Source of the DNA: Octopus bimaculoides
Lineage: Eukaryota
NCBI RefSeq assembly: GCF_001194135.2
Contig: NC_068988.1
Span: 80,291,330 to 80,335,390, forward strand
Direction of reading: 5' to 3'
Length of the DNA: 44,061 bases
Within the stretch, counting starts at the first letter, position 1. Each line of letters begins with the position of its first letter. The position numbers were made by a program, and so were the translations under genes. Under the pieces are notes generated by a model, which saw nothing but the letters and a program-made list of their open reading frames with translations, made no database searches and had not been told where the DNA came from. Positions 24,147 through 35,900 of the stretch are shown one piece after another.

Positions 24147-26084
24147 CTAAAATAGAGAAAAAGACGTCTATGTTATTGTTATAGAAATAATGATATTAAT
24201 ATTGATTGACAAAAGAAGTCTCAGATAGTTTAAGCAATCTCTTGATTCTAGCTCAACACGTCAATTTACTGTGTTTCTAAAGTTCTTTAAAATATCAATT
24301 TTATATTTAGGAAGATAAACAATGTTAGAAGTTATACAATAGTTGGAGCCGTTTAATCATAGGTGGTACCACTTAATGTTAGCTGTGCCTTTTAATCTTA
24401 GATGGCACCATTCATTCTCATACACACAGCGCTTTTGATTCTTCTCTTTTCACCAAAGCATTCAAGTAACTTGTAAACAGTTTCTCTTTAAATTTTTGTT
24501 AGAAGCTGCCATCAATTGTCACTGTCTTTCAACGAACAAGTTCCTTAAATCATGAATGTGAACTATTTTAACATTTATTGACGCTAAAATACAGAAGTTA
24601 CTTATTTCCACGAATTATAATTCTCTTGCATCTACTTTTTGACTCCAACTTTATAAGATCCCATAAACAATCTTCAATCTATACCAGATCTATGACTTCT
24701 TAATGTTAACAAGTAATAGTATATGTTTTATGGTCCAATAAACCAATGCGTGCAGACAGGAATGTCGAATAATTTTATGACTGACTCAGTATTCTGTATT
24801 GGTGAAGTTTGTTTGTGTGTGGGTAATTGTTATTCAGATACCAACCACCACTATATTATATATAGAAGGTCTTTAAAGAGGAAATTAAACTATCGCTATA
24901 TTGAAAACGATTTGTACTTCTCTAAGGCTTAACACTTAAAGAGTATTGGCTACATTAATTGAAATGAAATGGTTTCTTACAAAGGCAAAAACCTGAGATG
25001 AGGGGTCGATCCAAGAATGTTTTATTATACAATACAGTATTTTAAATCAACAGATTCTTTTGTAAGTAGATGTTATAGAAGTCAGATAAGTTTCTGAAAT
25101 ATTAAAGTCAAATCGGAAAGTAGTCGTTACTAGTCGAGCAGCTGTAGATTCATTAGTTCAAAATTAAATGTTAGATGTCTTCACAGGGTCATTAGTTTTA
25201 TTATGATCTATACAAGTGAATGTAGTTTGCATTTCAAATTTTGATCCGGGTCAAAACATAAAAACCTCTGAACCAGGACTCAAAGTCCTTCAGATGTCTG
25301 ATATAAGAGATCTAAGAAAGCAGTACATCACAAAATTAATTGTTTTAAAAACAACATTGAACACGTATCTTAAATGATGAACAAAAGTCAATAATATATA
25401 AACATTGTAAACAGAAATCAATTAAAACATTATCGTCAATTTCAGTTTAATTAATAATTAAATTGCTTTAATAATTATATTATCAGTATTACCACTAAAT
25501 ATTTAATTTTGTGTTCTATACATTAAACTGTAAATATTCATTAAACTTTAAATATTCTCTGTTATACTTGTATGGTATGTATGTAAAAATGGTGGAAATT
25601 TTACAATATTTGATTCTTCACAAAAGAGTGAAAGATAGAAAAAAGAACACGTGCAAAAAGCAATTAGGAAAATTTGTAATACACTTTCATGCGTCTTAAC
25701 GTTTCAAGTAGGGGGTTGTCTAGGAAGATCGGTAGAACTCACTTTTTTCCGGCATTCAAACTTATAAAAACAAATGTTAGTCTACTGTAGCATGATAGAG
25801 AAATCAGGATGTAGGTGTAATAAACCCAGTTTATAGACAGGGTTGTTGTTTTCGATTGTGTGAAGACATCAGGAATAGCAACACCAAAGATAGTGTTAGA
25901 TATTACTATACTTTATAGATTCTAACCGGAAGACATGGCAGAAAATATAGCACAAGGAATCAAGAACTCCTAAATGTCAACTAAATGCACTTGAAGATAT
26001 TTGACTACAGTATTTTCAAATCTCTCATGGAAAGTGAATTGTTTTTGGTCTTATTTGTCAGAGATATTTCGGATAGGCTAAACA

Positions 26085-26330
26085 TTTACAGTTTAAGTTT
26101 AGAGTTAGTGTTAAGTTTACAGATAGTGTTAGGTTTAGAGCTAGTGTTAAGTTTAGGGTTAATGTTATTTATAAAATTAATGTTAGGTTAGGGGTGAGTA
26201 ATTCGTAATAGGTTTGGCATGTGCTGGTTTTTGGTTTATCTTAGATTTAGCTTGAGGATTATATTTAGTGTTAGAATTGTATTAGGTAATACCGTGTTTG
26301 GTTTAGGGTCAGGATTAGGCTTATGTTGAG
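26085..26330 (+). repeat. Highly degenerate TTAGGG-like hexamer array
   Basis: Recurring ttagag/ttaggt/ttaggg/ttagtg units. Confidence 0.55.
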
Positions 26331-26790
26331 GATTATTGTTACATATAGTGTAAAAATAGAAATATTCCAACTGTGACCATTCCGTCTCTTACTTTCAGTC
26401 AAAGCTTATCTACGACTACATTATCCACAGTTTGCGGTGGTTTTAGGGAGACTTGGTAGCTATTTCTAGCAGGTTGAGGGAATGTGTAAATGTACCACGC
26501 TGGTTCACTCCACACAGTTTTCAAGACAGTTTTCAAGACAGGATTAGGAGGTTTGAAATCCATGTTTGAATGATGATCTTCTATAAACTTTTAGCAAAGA
26601 TAGTTCTCAAGATTTGACATAAAATGTAAAAAGGAAAATGCAAACATTTTCGAGTGAAACGTTATCTTACTAATTCAGTCGTGACGAATTCAGTGTGAGG
26701 AGTGGATTGTTAAAAATATATTGCGATTGTTGTGTCTTGCACCTTAAATTCTAACAAGCTTGCAGTTGTAGATATATATTTAGACCTTAA

Positions 26791-28267
26791 TCCTTTGACA
26801 GGCAGATAGTTTTTTTTAAATATTTGTGGAGTGGACGAATTTATTGGTTTCTGTCAAAAGATAACTCCAAAGTGAAGACCAAAAACAGTGCTAGGTCAAA
26901 GTGAAGGCCGAGCTGCAAAATAATTAATCAAATAAATGAATCGATAAACGATCAAATTAATAAACAAGTCTAGCCTCAGCTAGTGTCCATATAGCACCTT
27001 GACCAGCAAAATTATTTATAGTAGGGATTTGTCATTTTTCAGGTCGCTTACACATGTCCGGTCATCTGCCTTTTCAGAGTTATCTGGTCGTCTGCCTTTT
27101 CATGATCTGCCTTTTCAGAGTTATCTGGTCGTCTGCCTTTTCATGATCTGCCTTTTCAGAGTTATCTGGTCGTCTGCCTTTTCATGATCTGCCTTNNNNN
27201 NNNNNNNNNNNNNNNNNNNNNNNNNNNNNNNNNNNNNNNNNNNNNNNNNNNNNNNNNNNNNNNNNNNNNNNNNNNNNNNNNNNNNNNNNNNNNNNNNNNN
27301 NNNNNNNNNNNNNNNNNNNNNNNNNNNNNNNNNNNNNNNNNNNNNNNNNNNNNNNNNNNNNNNNNNNNNNNNNNNNNNNNNNNNNNNNNNNNNNNNNNNN
27401 NNNNNNNNNNNNNNNNNNNNNNNNNNNNNNNNNNNNNNNNNNNNNNNNNNNNNNNNNNNNNNNNNNNNNNNNNNNNNNNNNNNNNNNNNNNNNNNNNNNN
27501 NNNNNNNNNNNNNNNNNNNNNNNNNNNNNNNNNNNNNNNNNNNNNNNNNNNNNNNNNNNNNNNNNNNNNNNNNNNNNNNNNNNNNNNNNNATCTTCCTTT
27601 TCAGAGTTATCTGGTCGTCTGCCTTTTCATGATCTTCCTTTTCAGAGTTATCTGGTCGTCTGCCTTTTCATGATCTTCCTTTTCAGAGTTATCTGGTCGT
27701 CTGCCTTTTCATGAACTGCCTTTTCAGAGTTATCTGGTCGTCTGCCTTTTCATGATCTGCCTTTTCAGAGTTATCACCATCATCACGCAACTTATTTCCA
27801 CAACCAGACCCAACGCTACTATATACATGCACACCCACATTATTTATATCGCTTACACATGCATTATATTCGTCATCTGAATCGATACCTGAATCATAAA
27901 AAATAGACAAATCAAGGTCATCTCTATTACCTTGATTTGTTGTTGTTGTTGTTGTTATTGTATTCTTCTGAAATATCAAATATATTATCCTCATCAAACG
28001 AAGACCACTTTTTACGAACAGAACGACGTAAACCACTGTATGTCGCCTTATCGCTTTTGAGCACCTAAATCTATAAATGTACATTCTAACTATGTTTTCA
28101 TGACACGACATGCATATCACGGAAATTCAGCAGAAATGTATGCAGTGCGGCCCTCTAGTGATGCTTCGACACATTAATATTTAAAATTCAATGATCAGAC
28201 AATAGGAGAATGTCTTACATTGAGCTACGGCAAAAACGACCAAAATATCGTTCTGCCTGCCAAAGGA
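26791..28267 (-). mobile_element. piggyBac-like non-autonomous element (TTAA TSD, 16-bp TIR)
   Basis: TTAA at 26787-26790 and 28268-28271. TIR TCCTTTGACAGGCAGA vs TCCTTTGGCAGGCAGA (15/16). Minus-strand acidic DDLDLSIFYDSGIDSDDEY resembles a piggyBac transposase N-terminus. No DDD catalytic core visible. Confidence 0.72.
27064..27775. repeat. 41-bp minisatellite (ATCTGCCTTTTCAGAGTTATCTGGTCGTCTGCCTTTTCATG), spanning a 395-N gap
   Basis: Units start at 27064, 27105, 27146 and 27187, then after the gap at 27591, 27632, 27673, 27714 and 27755. Each unit contains TCTGCCTTTTCA twice. Confidence 0.95.
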
Positions 28268-28997
28268 TTAACTTCAAACAAGTTTTCACTCTATATATAT
28301 CAACATTATAGTTCAACAGAGCTTCTACAAGATTGTTTGTCCTGCTAGAAGTAGCAGCAAATTTCTCAAGTTGCATTTAAATCACCTCTTCCCTTTTTTT
28401 TCTAAAATAAAAGGGACACTGGATATTATAGTCCTAGATATACATTTTGCTTGGGAAAATATATGGTACGATCACGACTGGAAGCTATTTGGGCTCTTAA
28501 CTGTGTTCGATTAGGATAAACTGTGAGATAAACACTCGTGAAATAACTTACATTATTGTTTATTTAAGAGTTATATTCCTTGTCATACAATCTTACTGTT
28601 TAATGCTGTAAATGCATAAATAATGATACTATTTTTGTGTGTCATATATTAATATGTCATGTGCTCGAAGCAGTGATATTTATTTATATCTTTAGACTCT
28701 GCTGAAATAAGATTACAAGACAGCCTTTAAACATTTTTCACGTCACATAAATACAAGTTATCTCACTAGGAAAATGTGACACGCCTTTATCTATCGATTA
28801 ACATCTGACTTTCAACCTGATTGTGAACGATGACATAAAAACCGATAATTCACATTGTTCTCTTCTATTCTTAGCTGACTTGAAAACGGAAACAATTTCG
28901 TTCTACTTTTAAAGACCTATACTGCTCTTAAAGCTAACTTATAATGAACGAATAGAGATGGGTCACGTAGCTAGCTCATTTGCTCATGGGGGCTCTA

Positions 28998-29031
28998 CTT
29001 TATATAGCCGTTCTAGAACGAATCAGCCAAT
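28998..29031 (-). promoter_or_regulatory. Candidate core promoter (CCAAT, GTTCTAGAAC palindrome, TATA) facing the CERKL ATG exon
   Basis: Minus-strand TATATAAAG at 29006-28998, AGCCAATAG at 29025-29033 and a two-unit HSE-like GTTCTAGAAC at 29010-29019. Motif co-occurrence only; no transcript evidence. Confidence 0.3.
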
Positions 29032-29429
29032 AGAAGACCCCCCCCCCCACACTTCTCTTTATTTATGAAAACGTTTGAACTCAATACTGCAATCTGTGAA
29101 ATCATTTGACAATTATAGAACGTTATTCTGCACTTATCAATTGTACCTACAAGTACTTATGATGAGAGCTTGCTAGGTCAAGGTCACAACACAGAATCCA
29201 TGCCATAAAAGCGAATTGTTGAATCACCACCAGCTGTTTATTCGACTACACTATGTTTGTGTTTTTAATGAGTTAGAGGAAATGTGGTGCCCATTATTCG
29301 TTTAAGGGCTTCAATGACTAGAGAAGAAAGGAAGCAGCAAGTTATTCTCAAGTATATGACCTGGCCCTAATTATTGCAGCAGGGTGAACTTCAATAAGAT
29401 TTGGTGGTGGTGTTAGACCTAGTAGCGGA

Positions 29430-29600
29430 TTAAGTCAACCACCCAGAAACAAGCTAGACCTATCCTAAGGGCATCCGCACCGTTCCTATCTATCAAATTC
29501 CACAAAAGTTTGGTTAACTCCAGGCTACGGTAGAAGACAGTTGTCTAAGGTGTCACTTAGAGGGATCGAACTCGGAAATAACGTGGTTATGAAGCAGGTC
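29430..29600 (-). mobile_element. Degenerate tRNA-derived SINE
   Basis: tctaaggtgtcac...gggatcgaactcggaa is a reverse B-box, and the body resembles the SINE at 21495-21733. A plus-strand relative lies at about 30280-30380. Confidence 0.5.
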
Positions 29601-31091
29601 ATATTGAGGCCTTATTTATCCTCTGGCTACGCCTATGTTCATGTTAATAGTAATGAAAACAAGCAACACAGTTCAGCTACTACAAATTAACTGTGATAAC
29701 CAGAATTAATTAAGCTGTCGCCTTTTTTCCATTATTGATTTATTCAATAATCTTCTTCATATTTTGTAAAGTTATTAGAAATATAGAAACACCATCTCTC
29801 CCCCACGCACACACTCACACTCATTATATATAAATGATGTTTTTGAACTATTAATGTCTTTCTTTTGTAGGCATGAAGCCAACTTCTTCAGTTAAGTCAG
29901 CAGAGGTGATTAAATCGACTTCAGTATAGTACTGATAAATATAGTGAGTCTTTAGAGAGTCGAATAGACTACTTTGCGACATTTCTTCAGGCTCTTTGCT
30001 CGCTTAGTGGGGCCAATTCGTCTTTGTCTCTCTCTTTCTGTCTGTCTGTCTGTCTGTCTGTTTACCTTTCTTCTGAGAGAAAAAGGCTATGGGATACCTC
30101 TCACTGAATCTCTTTCTCCTGAAATAATTAAGAGCTCAGTGATAAACCAGCAGCTCCTTCCCGGTATATTCCTGTAACCACCCAAGGAAGGCCCAAAGTG
30201 CAGCGCAGCAGTTAGAATAAAAAGAATATAACTGGATTCTTTTTTAATCTGCTGGTCATTTTTCTTTTACAAAGGAATTTGTGTGGAAAAGAATTTCACT
30301 ACACAGACACAGGTCGTGGATTTGATTCCCCCGCGACACCTTGGGTAAATGTCTTTTACTATAGCCCTAGTCGACCGATGTCCTTTACAATGTCAGTTCC
30401 GCATTGAGTTGCAGATACTCTCTCATCACTCGCCGTGAGAAACGCAAATGAGTCTTTTACATTTAGATTTAATAATGTTTTTACTTTGATGTGAAGTATT
30501 TTTAACCAGTATAAGGGGGTTCTTTTCTTGAGGAATCACCCTTTTTCTAGACATGAATAAATTATTACTAAACACGAACATATTCAAACTAGTTTCCTTA
30601 TCTTAGTAGTTATAGTCATAATGTTCCGGTTTTCTTCAGGGGTCTCTCACGCTTGATAATCTTCGTGGAATTTCCAAAAAAAAAAAACTTTTAATTGATC
30701 TACAGGGTGAAGTGGAGTATTACTCCTATTCGCTATTTTTCTTCAATCAATCTGAAGAAAAAGTAAGTAGCATCACAAATAGAAGAATAACTACAACGAA
30801 CAACAGAATGAGAAAAATCTGCCCACTTGCTTTAGATAAAGGACTTGACTCGGAATTCTGAGAACATTACCGCACATGACAAACACGTGCAGACGGCCGG
30901 AAGGTATTACAGCCGAAACGTTGCCACTATATACCTACCAAAATAAGATGATCAGTAGTCTAGATAAATTAGTGTATGATGATAATGCCACATCTCAGAA
31001 ATTCAACATGATAAGTATTTTAATGTGAAACAAAATGTGATTAAAATATTACAGAGTGAATTTGGTATCAAATAGGAAACATCTCCGTACA

Positions 31092-31174
<83 letters not shown>

Positions 31175-31365
31175 NNNNNNNNNNAAAGTAAGAAGAAAAA
31201 TATGCGAAAATGCCCATTGGAAATCAAAAAAAGGTAAAGATTTTTTATGAAAAGTAACGATAAATATATACAATTAGATGAACTGAGGTAGGAAGAAAAG
31301 TAATAAAAGTCATTATTGCGAATTGTTAAAGAGATTCAAAAGCATACCGGTTTTGTAATGTTACT

Positions 31366-31981
31366 AATCATTGCTTTGAACGCACACCGAATACTGAAAA
31401 GTGTCAGGTCTACTAGTCCCTGAGTAAAAAGATTATGTGTAAGGGAGGTAAGTAGTTCTGGATTTGGTGCAATTAGGGTAGATATACATCTGTAATGTGA
31501 ATGGTGTATGGGATGTATGGAGGTTAGTGGTATTAAATGAAAGGTTAGTAGATATATCACTCCGTCAAAGAACCACTCTCCACAAAGAACAAATCCGCCA
31601 CCCACAATACAGACAGATACAGGTCAGTGGACACATAGAAAGGTGTGCGAGGACTCTTAATCCTAATTTCCTAATTTTTCCCTTCTATCAGTGTTCACAG
31701 AACACCTCAATACAACAAAGAATGAATAAAGAGGCAACTTTCATCAATAAATATCTTCCACAACTAAATATGAACACATAACATAATATAGAACACTACT
31801 AACCTTTCATTTAATACCACTAACCCCCATACATCCCATACACCATTCACATTACAGATCTATATCTACCCTAATTGCACCAAATCCAGAACTACTTACC
31901 TCCCTTACACATAATCTTTTTACTCAGGGACTAGTAGACCTGACACTGTTCAGTATTCGGTGTGCGTTCAAAGCAATGATT
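31366..31981 (+). mobile_element. Penelope-like element remnant: inverted terminal repeat (pLTR-like), GIY-YIG endonuclease C-terminal fragment, terminal repeat
   Basis: 186-bp arms 31366-31551 and 31796-31981 with 3 mismatches by eye. The spacer encodes LRQRTTLHKEQIRHPQYRQIQVSGHIERCA...IFPFYQC...RMNKEATFINKYLPQLN, resembling the PLE GIY-YIG end (R..KE..FI....P.LN). Confidence 0.8.
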
Positions 31982-32014
31982 GGATGGTTGGGGTGGTTAA
32001 TTCAGTCAGCTACA

Positions 32015-32052
<38 letters not shown>

Positions 32053-32067
32053 GCGCGNNNNNNNNNN

Positions 32068-32103
<36 letters not shown>

Positions 32104-32182
32104 GCGCGCGCACATACCCTCTCTCTCTCTTTCTTTCCTTCTCTCTCTCTCACGCACACACACCCTCTCTTTTTCTTTCTTT

Positions 32183-32221
<39 letters not shown>

Positions 32222-32908
32222 ACTTCATAAATTGACCTTGCGATTACCGTGAATTCTCCGCCGGGCTCCGCGGTGGACATTCAATTATTCATCTAATTGA
32301 ATTCCTACTCACAAAATTAACGTTCGGGCGGCTGACTATTCTACAAATACATGTCCCCTTAAGATTATTTTCAAACAGAATCAACAAGAAACAATGTGTC
32401 ATGGTTGTACTTTTGGAATTACGGATACACTGAGAGAGAAAGAAGGGCTAGAATTCATCCCAGTACTGGTACTTTACTGGTCCTAAGAGGAAAAATATTA
32501 AAGGTGACCTAAATAGGATTTGGACTCAGATCAGAGAAATCCGGGACGAATATCACGAAGTATTTTAACCGGTGGTCTGGCAATCACCCCACCCACGCCA
32601 GTATATATATATACTGCAAATAAGAATTAAACAGTTGACATGGAAATATTTCAGTTTTGATTTATTCATTAAGTAAATGGATAGACATTTTGTTTTCTCA
32701 CCTAATTTATGTTTCTTAGTTATAAATTTAAAACTATAAAACATATAAACAATAATTACTAATTTAATCAATAACATCAAACATTGACTGATCAATTTTT
32801 AACGACAACAAATTAATTCAATTTATAATTATCTTATTATTCTTGCTTTATTTTAGTTTTACTTTTGTTTTTATACAGTTTTCTTGTTTAAATGTTGTTA
32901 CAATGTTA

Positions 32909-32940
<32 letters not shown>

Positions 32941-35900
32941 GTGGCGGTGGTGGTGGAAGTGGCTGGTTCCTGATCAGCCACGAACGAACTGACCTATGAC
33001 CAACGTGGTTCTAGCGGTGACCATCCCATCTTTTATTCAGACATAGTATGAAGACGATAGAGCGTGATTTGAGGGAGATTTGGCTGTTATTTCTACCAAG
33101 TCGAGTTACGATTTGGATACTTCTGATACTGGCTCGTGTTCTGTTACCTACAGAGTAAAGATGCAGCCGGTAGTTTGAATTCTGAGGCCGGTACCATGTT
33201 GTGTCTGAGGTCAAGAACTTTAGACCTGTAACCTTGCAATAGCTCATCCAAATACTAAATATTTTTACAGCCCTGAAACGGTAATGGTATCAGGGCTGTA
33301 AAATTGCCTCATTAGTGAGCAGCGCTGTGTTTATTTCCTGCTGCGAGATATGTAACTAGACACAATCTGGTCTCTTGATCGGGAGAAACCAGATTAGTTC
33401 GTATAAGGAAGCCATAAAATGTACTACATCTGAGAGAAAAATATGACGGGATTGTTACAGTTGGAGCGCTTTGATTATAGTTTTGCAAGATCGTAAAGAA
33501 TTGTTGGAGGGTGGGGATCACCTACTACTACTACTACTACTACTACTACAGTTCAGTCAACTTAGCCATGTGATATATTGAGATATATCTGACACCTTTC
33601 TGTGACATTTATTTTATATATCTGTTCTGTTGTTGAAAGCGTTATATGAAGTCTTTTACAAGTGATAATGTCTGTTGTCATGATCTTCAATAGATTAAAA
33701 AGAAAATCAATATTTATATGCGTTAGTGGGTTCCATTTTCTTGTGAACATTCAGCCTTGGTCCCCTGTCTAAGAAGAAACTCTTTCTTTCTTCCCCGTCC
33801 TTCTAAGAAACCAGAGATAGGCCAGAGACTCTGTTTTTTTCTCCTCTAACCAAGATACTATAAACAACAGTATTTTCTTTTTCTTTTTTCTTTTTTTTTT
33901 AGACTTCTATGGGTGTTGTCCTGAATATGACTTTAAACTGCATCCAGTAGTGGAAACCTGGTTCGAGAGTTCCATGGTTTTGAAGAGTGTGGTACCACTT
34001 CTTAGCCACTATTGTTCCTAGGTCTACTACTCTGGAAGTACTTGTCAGGGTCCCAGCTATGAGTTAAATAGCATGTGGCTATTCGAGTTAGGGTACGTTG
34101 AAATTATGGAATGCAGTATGAATCTTATTGAATCAATGACGAATATCACTTGATGAGCAAATGAACAGGCAACAAACTGTCAACGACTATGATCAACTAG
34201 TTCAGCTAGTGAACTACTGCTATCATCCGTAGTCATGACATGCACACATGAAATATTTCAGCTAGAGAAAAACTATGACTATAACTCAGGTCAGACGTTC
34301 ATGCCGCATTGCTCGATCTGACGCGGAGAGGTTGAAATAGCGCAGCAAGTCGCCTGACTTGTGTTACCTTCAGCTAAATCCAAAACATTGTTAAAACCCT
34401 GACAAAGCATTGGGTGGTAGAATTGCTTAGCCTCATTCTAATGAATCTAAATACCGACCACTGATATTCTGTAAAAATGTAACTCAAACAATAAATTGAA
34501 TCACCATACAATGGTAGCGTATTCTAACATGAGTTATTTTAGCTTCTCATGTTCTGGCCAGTTTTGTTGTTTAGATCTTAGATGAGTCTTGATCAGGAAG
34601 ATCTACGATCAAAGGCGCCCCAACTGAGACAATGCCGACTGTTATTTTTCTGACATTAGTTCACCTAGAACTTCAATAAATTAGTTTTATATATTGTGTG
34701 TATGTGTTAGTGGAGAGTGAGCATTCAGAGATGTACTATGTAAATATACTTCTCAATTTCCTAAAGGATTAACTCCAGTATTAATAAAAACAGTTTCGAG
34801 GGTGGGGTGGAGCTATTGTTTTCATAATTCTATAGCGTCTTGGTCATTTGGTGACCTTCGATGAAAGTCGGATCAGATCATAAAATCAGATGGGTGCAGT
34901 GAGTTGATAGAATGGATAGAACATCAGAGAGTATAGTGACATATTGGATAGAACATTGGATAACAGGTTTAACGGTATTTAGTTGCACCCCTTTATGTTT
35001 GGAGTTCAAAAACCATCGGCACCTACTTTGCCTTCCATCCTTCCGAAATCGATAAAATTAAGTATCAATTAATTGTTAGGAGCCGGCATAATCTTGAGTC
35101 AATCTAGGAAATAGTTATATAAAATCACGGAGTAGAGATAAATGGCCAGCTGTGACATCTACGCTTCCATCTTGAAGTCTGCAATTTCAGAATGTGTTGC
35201 TTTTTCTCAAATCTAAACTCTTTCTTGATTTTAAACAATGGTTTTCATTTCCAGTAGCCATGTCTTCTTTCAGGATTCTAGTCCTATTTTAATCCAATAG
35301 TCTAAGCAACGATTTACTATTGAATCAAAACTAGGTTATAACTAATCCTTTATTCAATTCCTTTTATATTTGATAAAGTACACGAATGAATGAAAATGTT
35401 TATTTTTAGAAAAATATATTCTCTGAGTGTAAAGATATTTGTTTACATCAAACTCTGGATGAGCTCACTTTCTTGTATGAGACAAAAATAATAATAATAA
35501 TAAAATTACAATTTTACTTTCTATTAACTAAACAGGACTATTTTGACGTCTTTCAACTGTAATCTTATTATACAAGTTATACGAGCTGAATTGTGAAGTG
35601 GACGTGATTGAGACAATAGAACGCCGGACTAAATGCGTTACACTGTTTTGTTTCGTCCCACGCGGATCGAAGTTTAAATTAAGCTTGATTCGACTGTGAT
35701 TTTCATCCTTTTAGAATTGATCAAATGATTATTAGTGATCGATGCGGTCAACTTTGTTGTAAAATAAAACAATGCAAAAAAGCAATGTAATGTGTTTTAA
35801 CTGTTATACGGACAACAGCTTTTCTTTGTTTGACAGACAATCAGTTCTGAAGCTAGTCAAAGCCATCTTTTAATGAAATGCGCAAACGGAAGAAGGAAGT

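Noticed and set aside
27064-27775. Regular 41-bp repeat as a CRISPR array
   Set aside because: Units are contiguous with no unique spacers, the context is eukaryotic and there are no cas genes.
28140-28162. CTCF-like GCGGCCCTCTAGTG inside the piggyBac-like element
   Set aside because: Imperfect match (extra base, and it ends GTGA rather than GTGG); not supportable without ChIP.
33759-33768. TTGGTCCCCT matching the 5' end of miR-133
   Set aside because: Only a 10-nt match, and no complementary precursor arm is visible.
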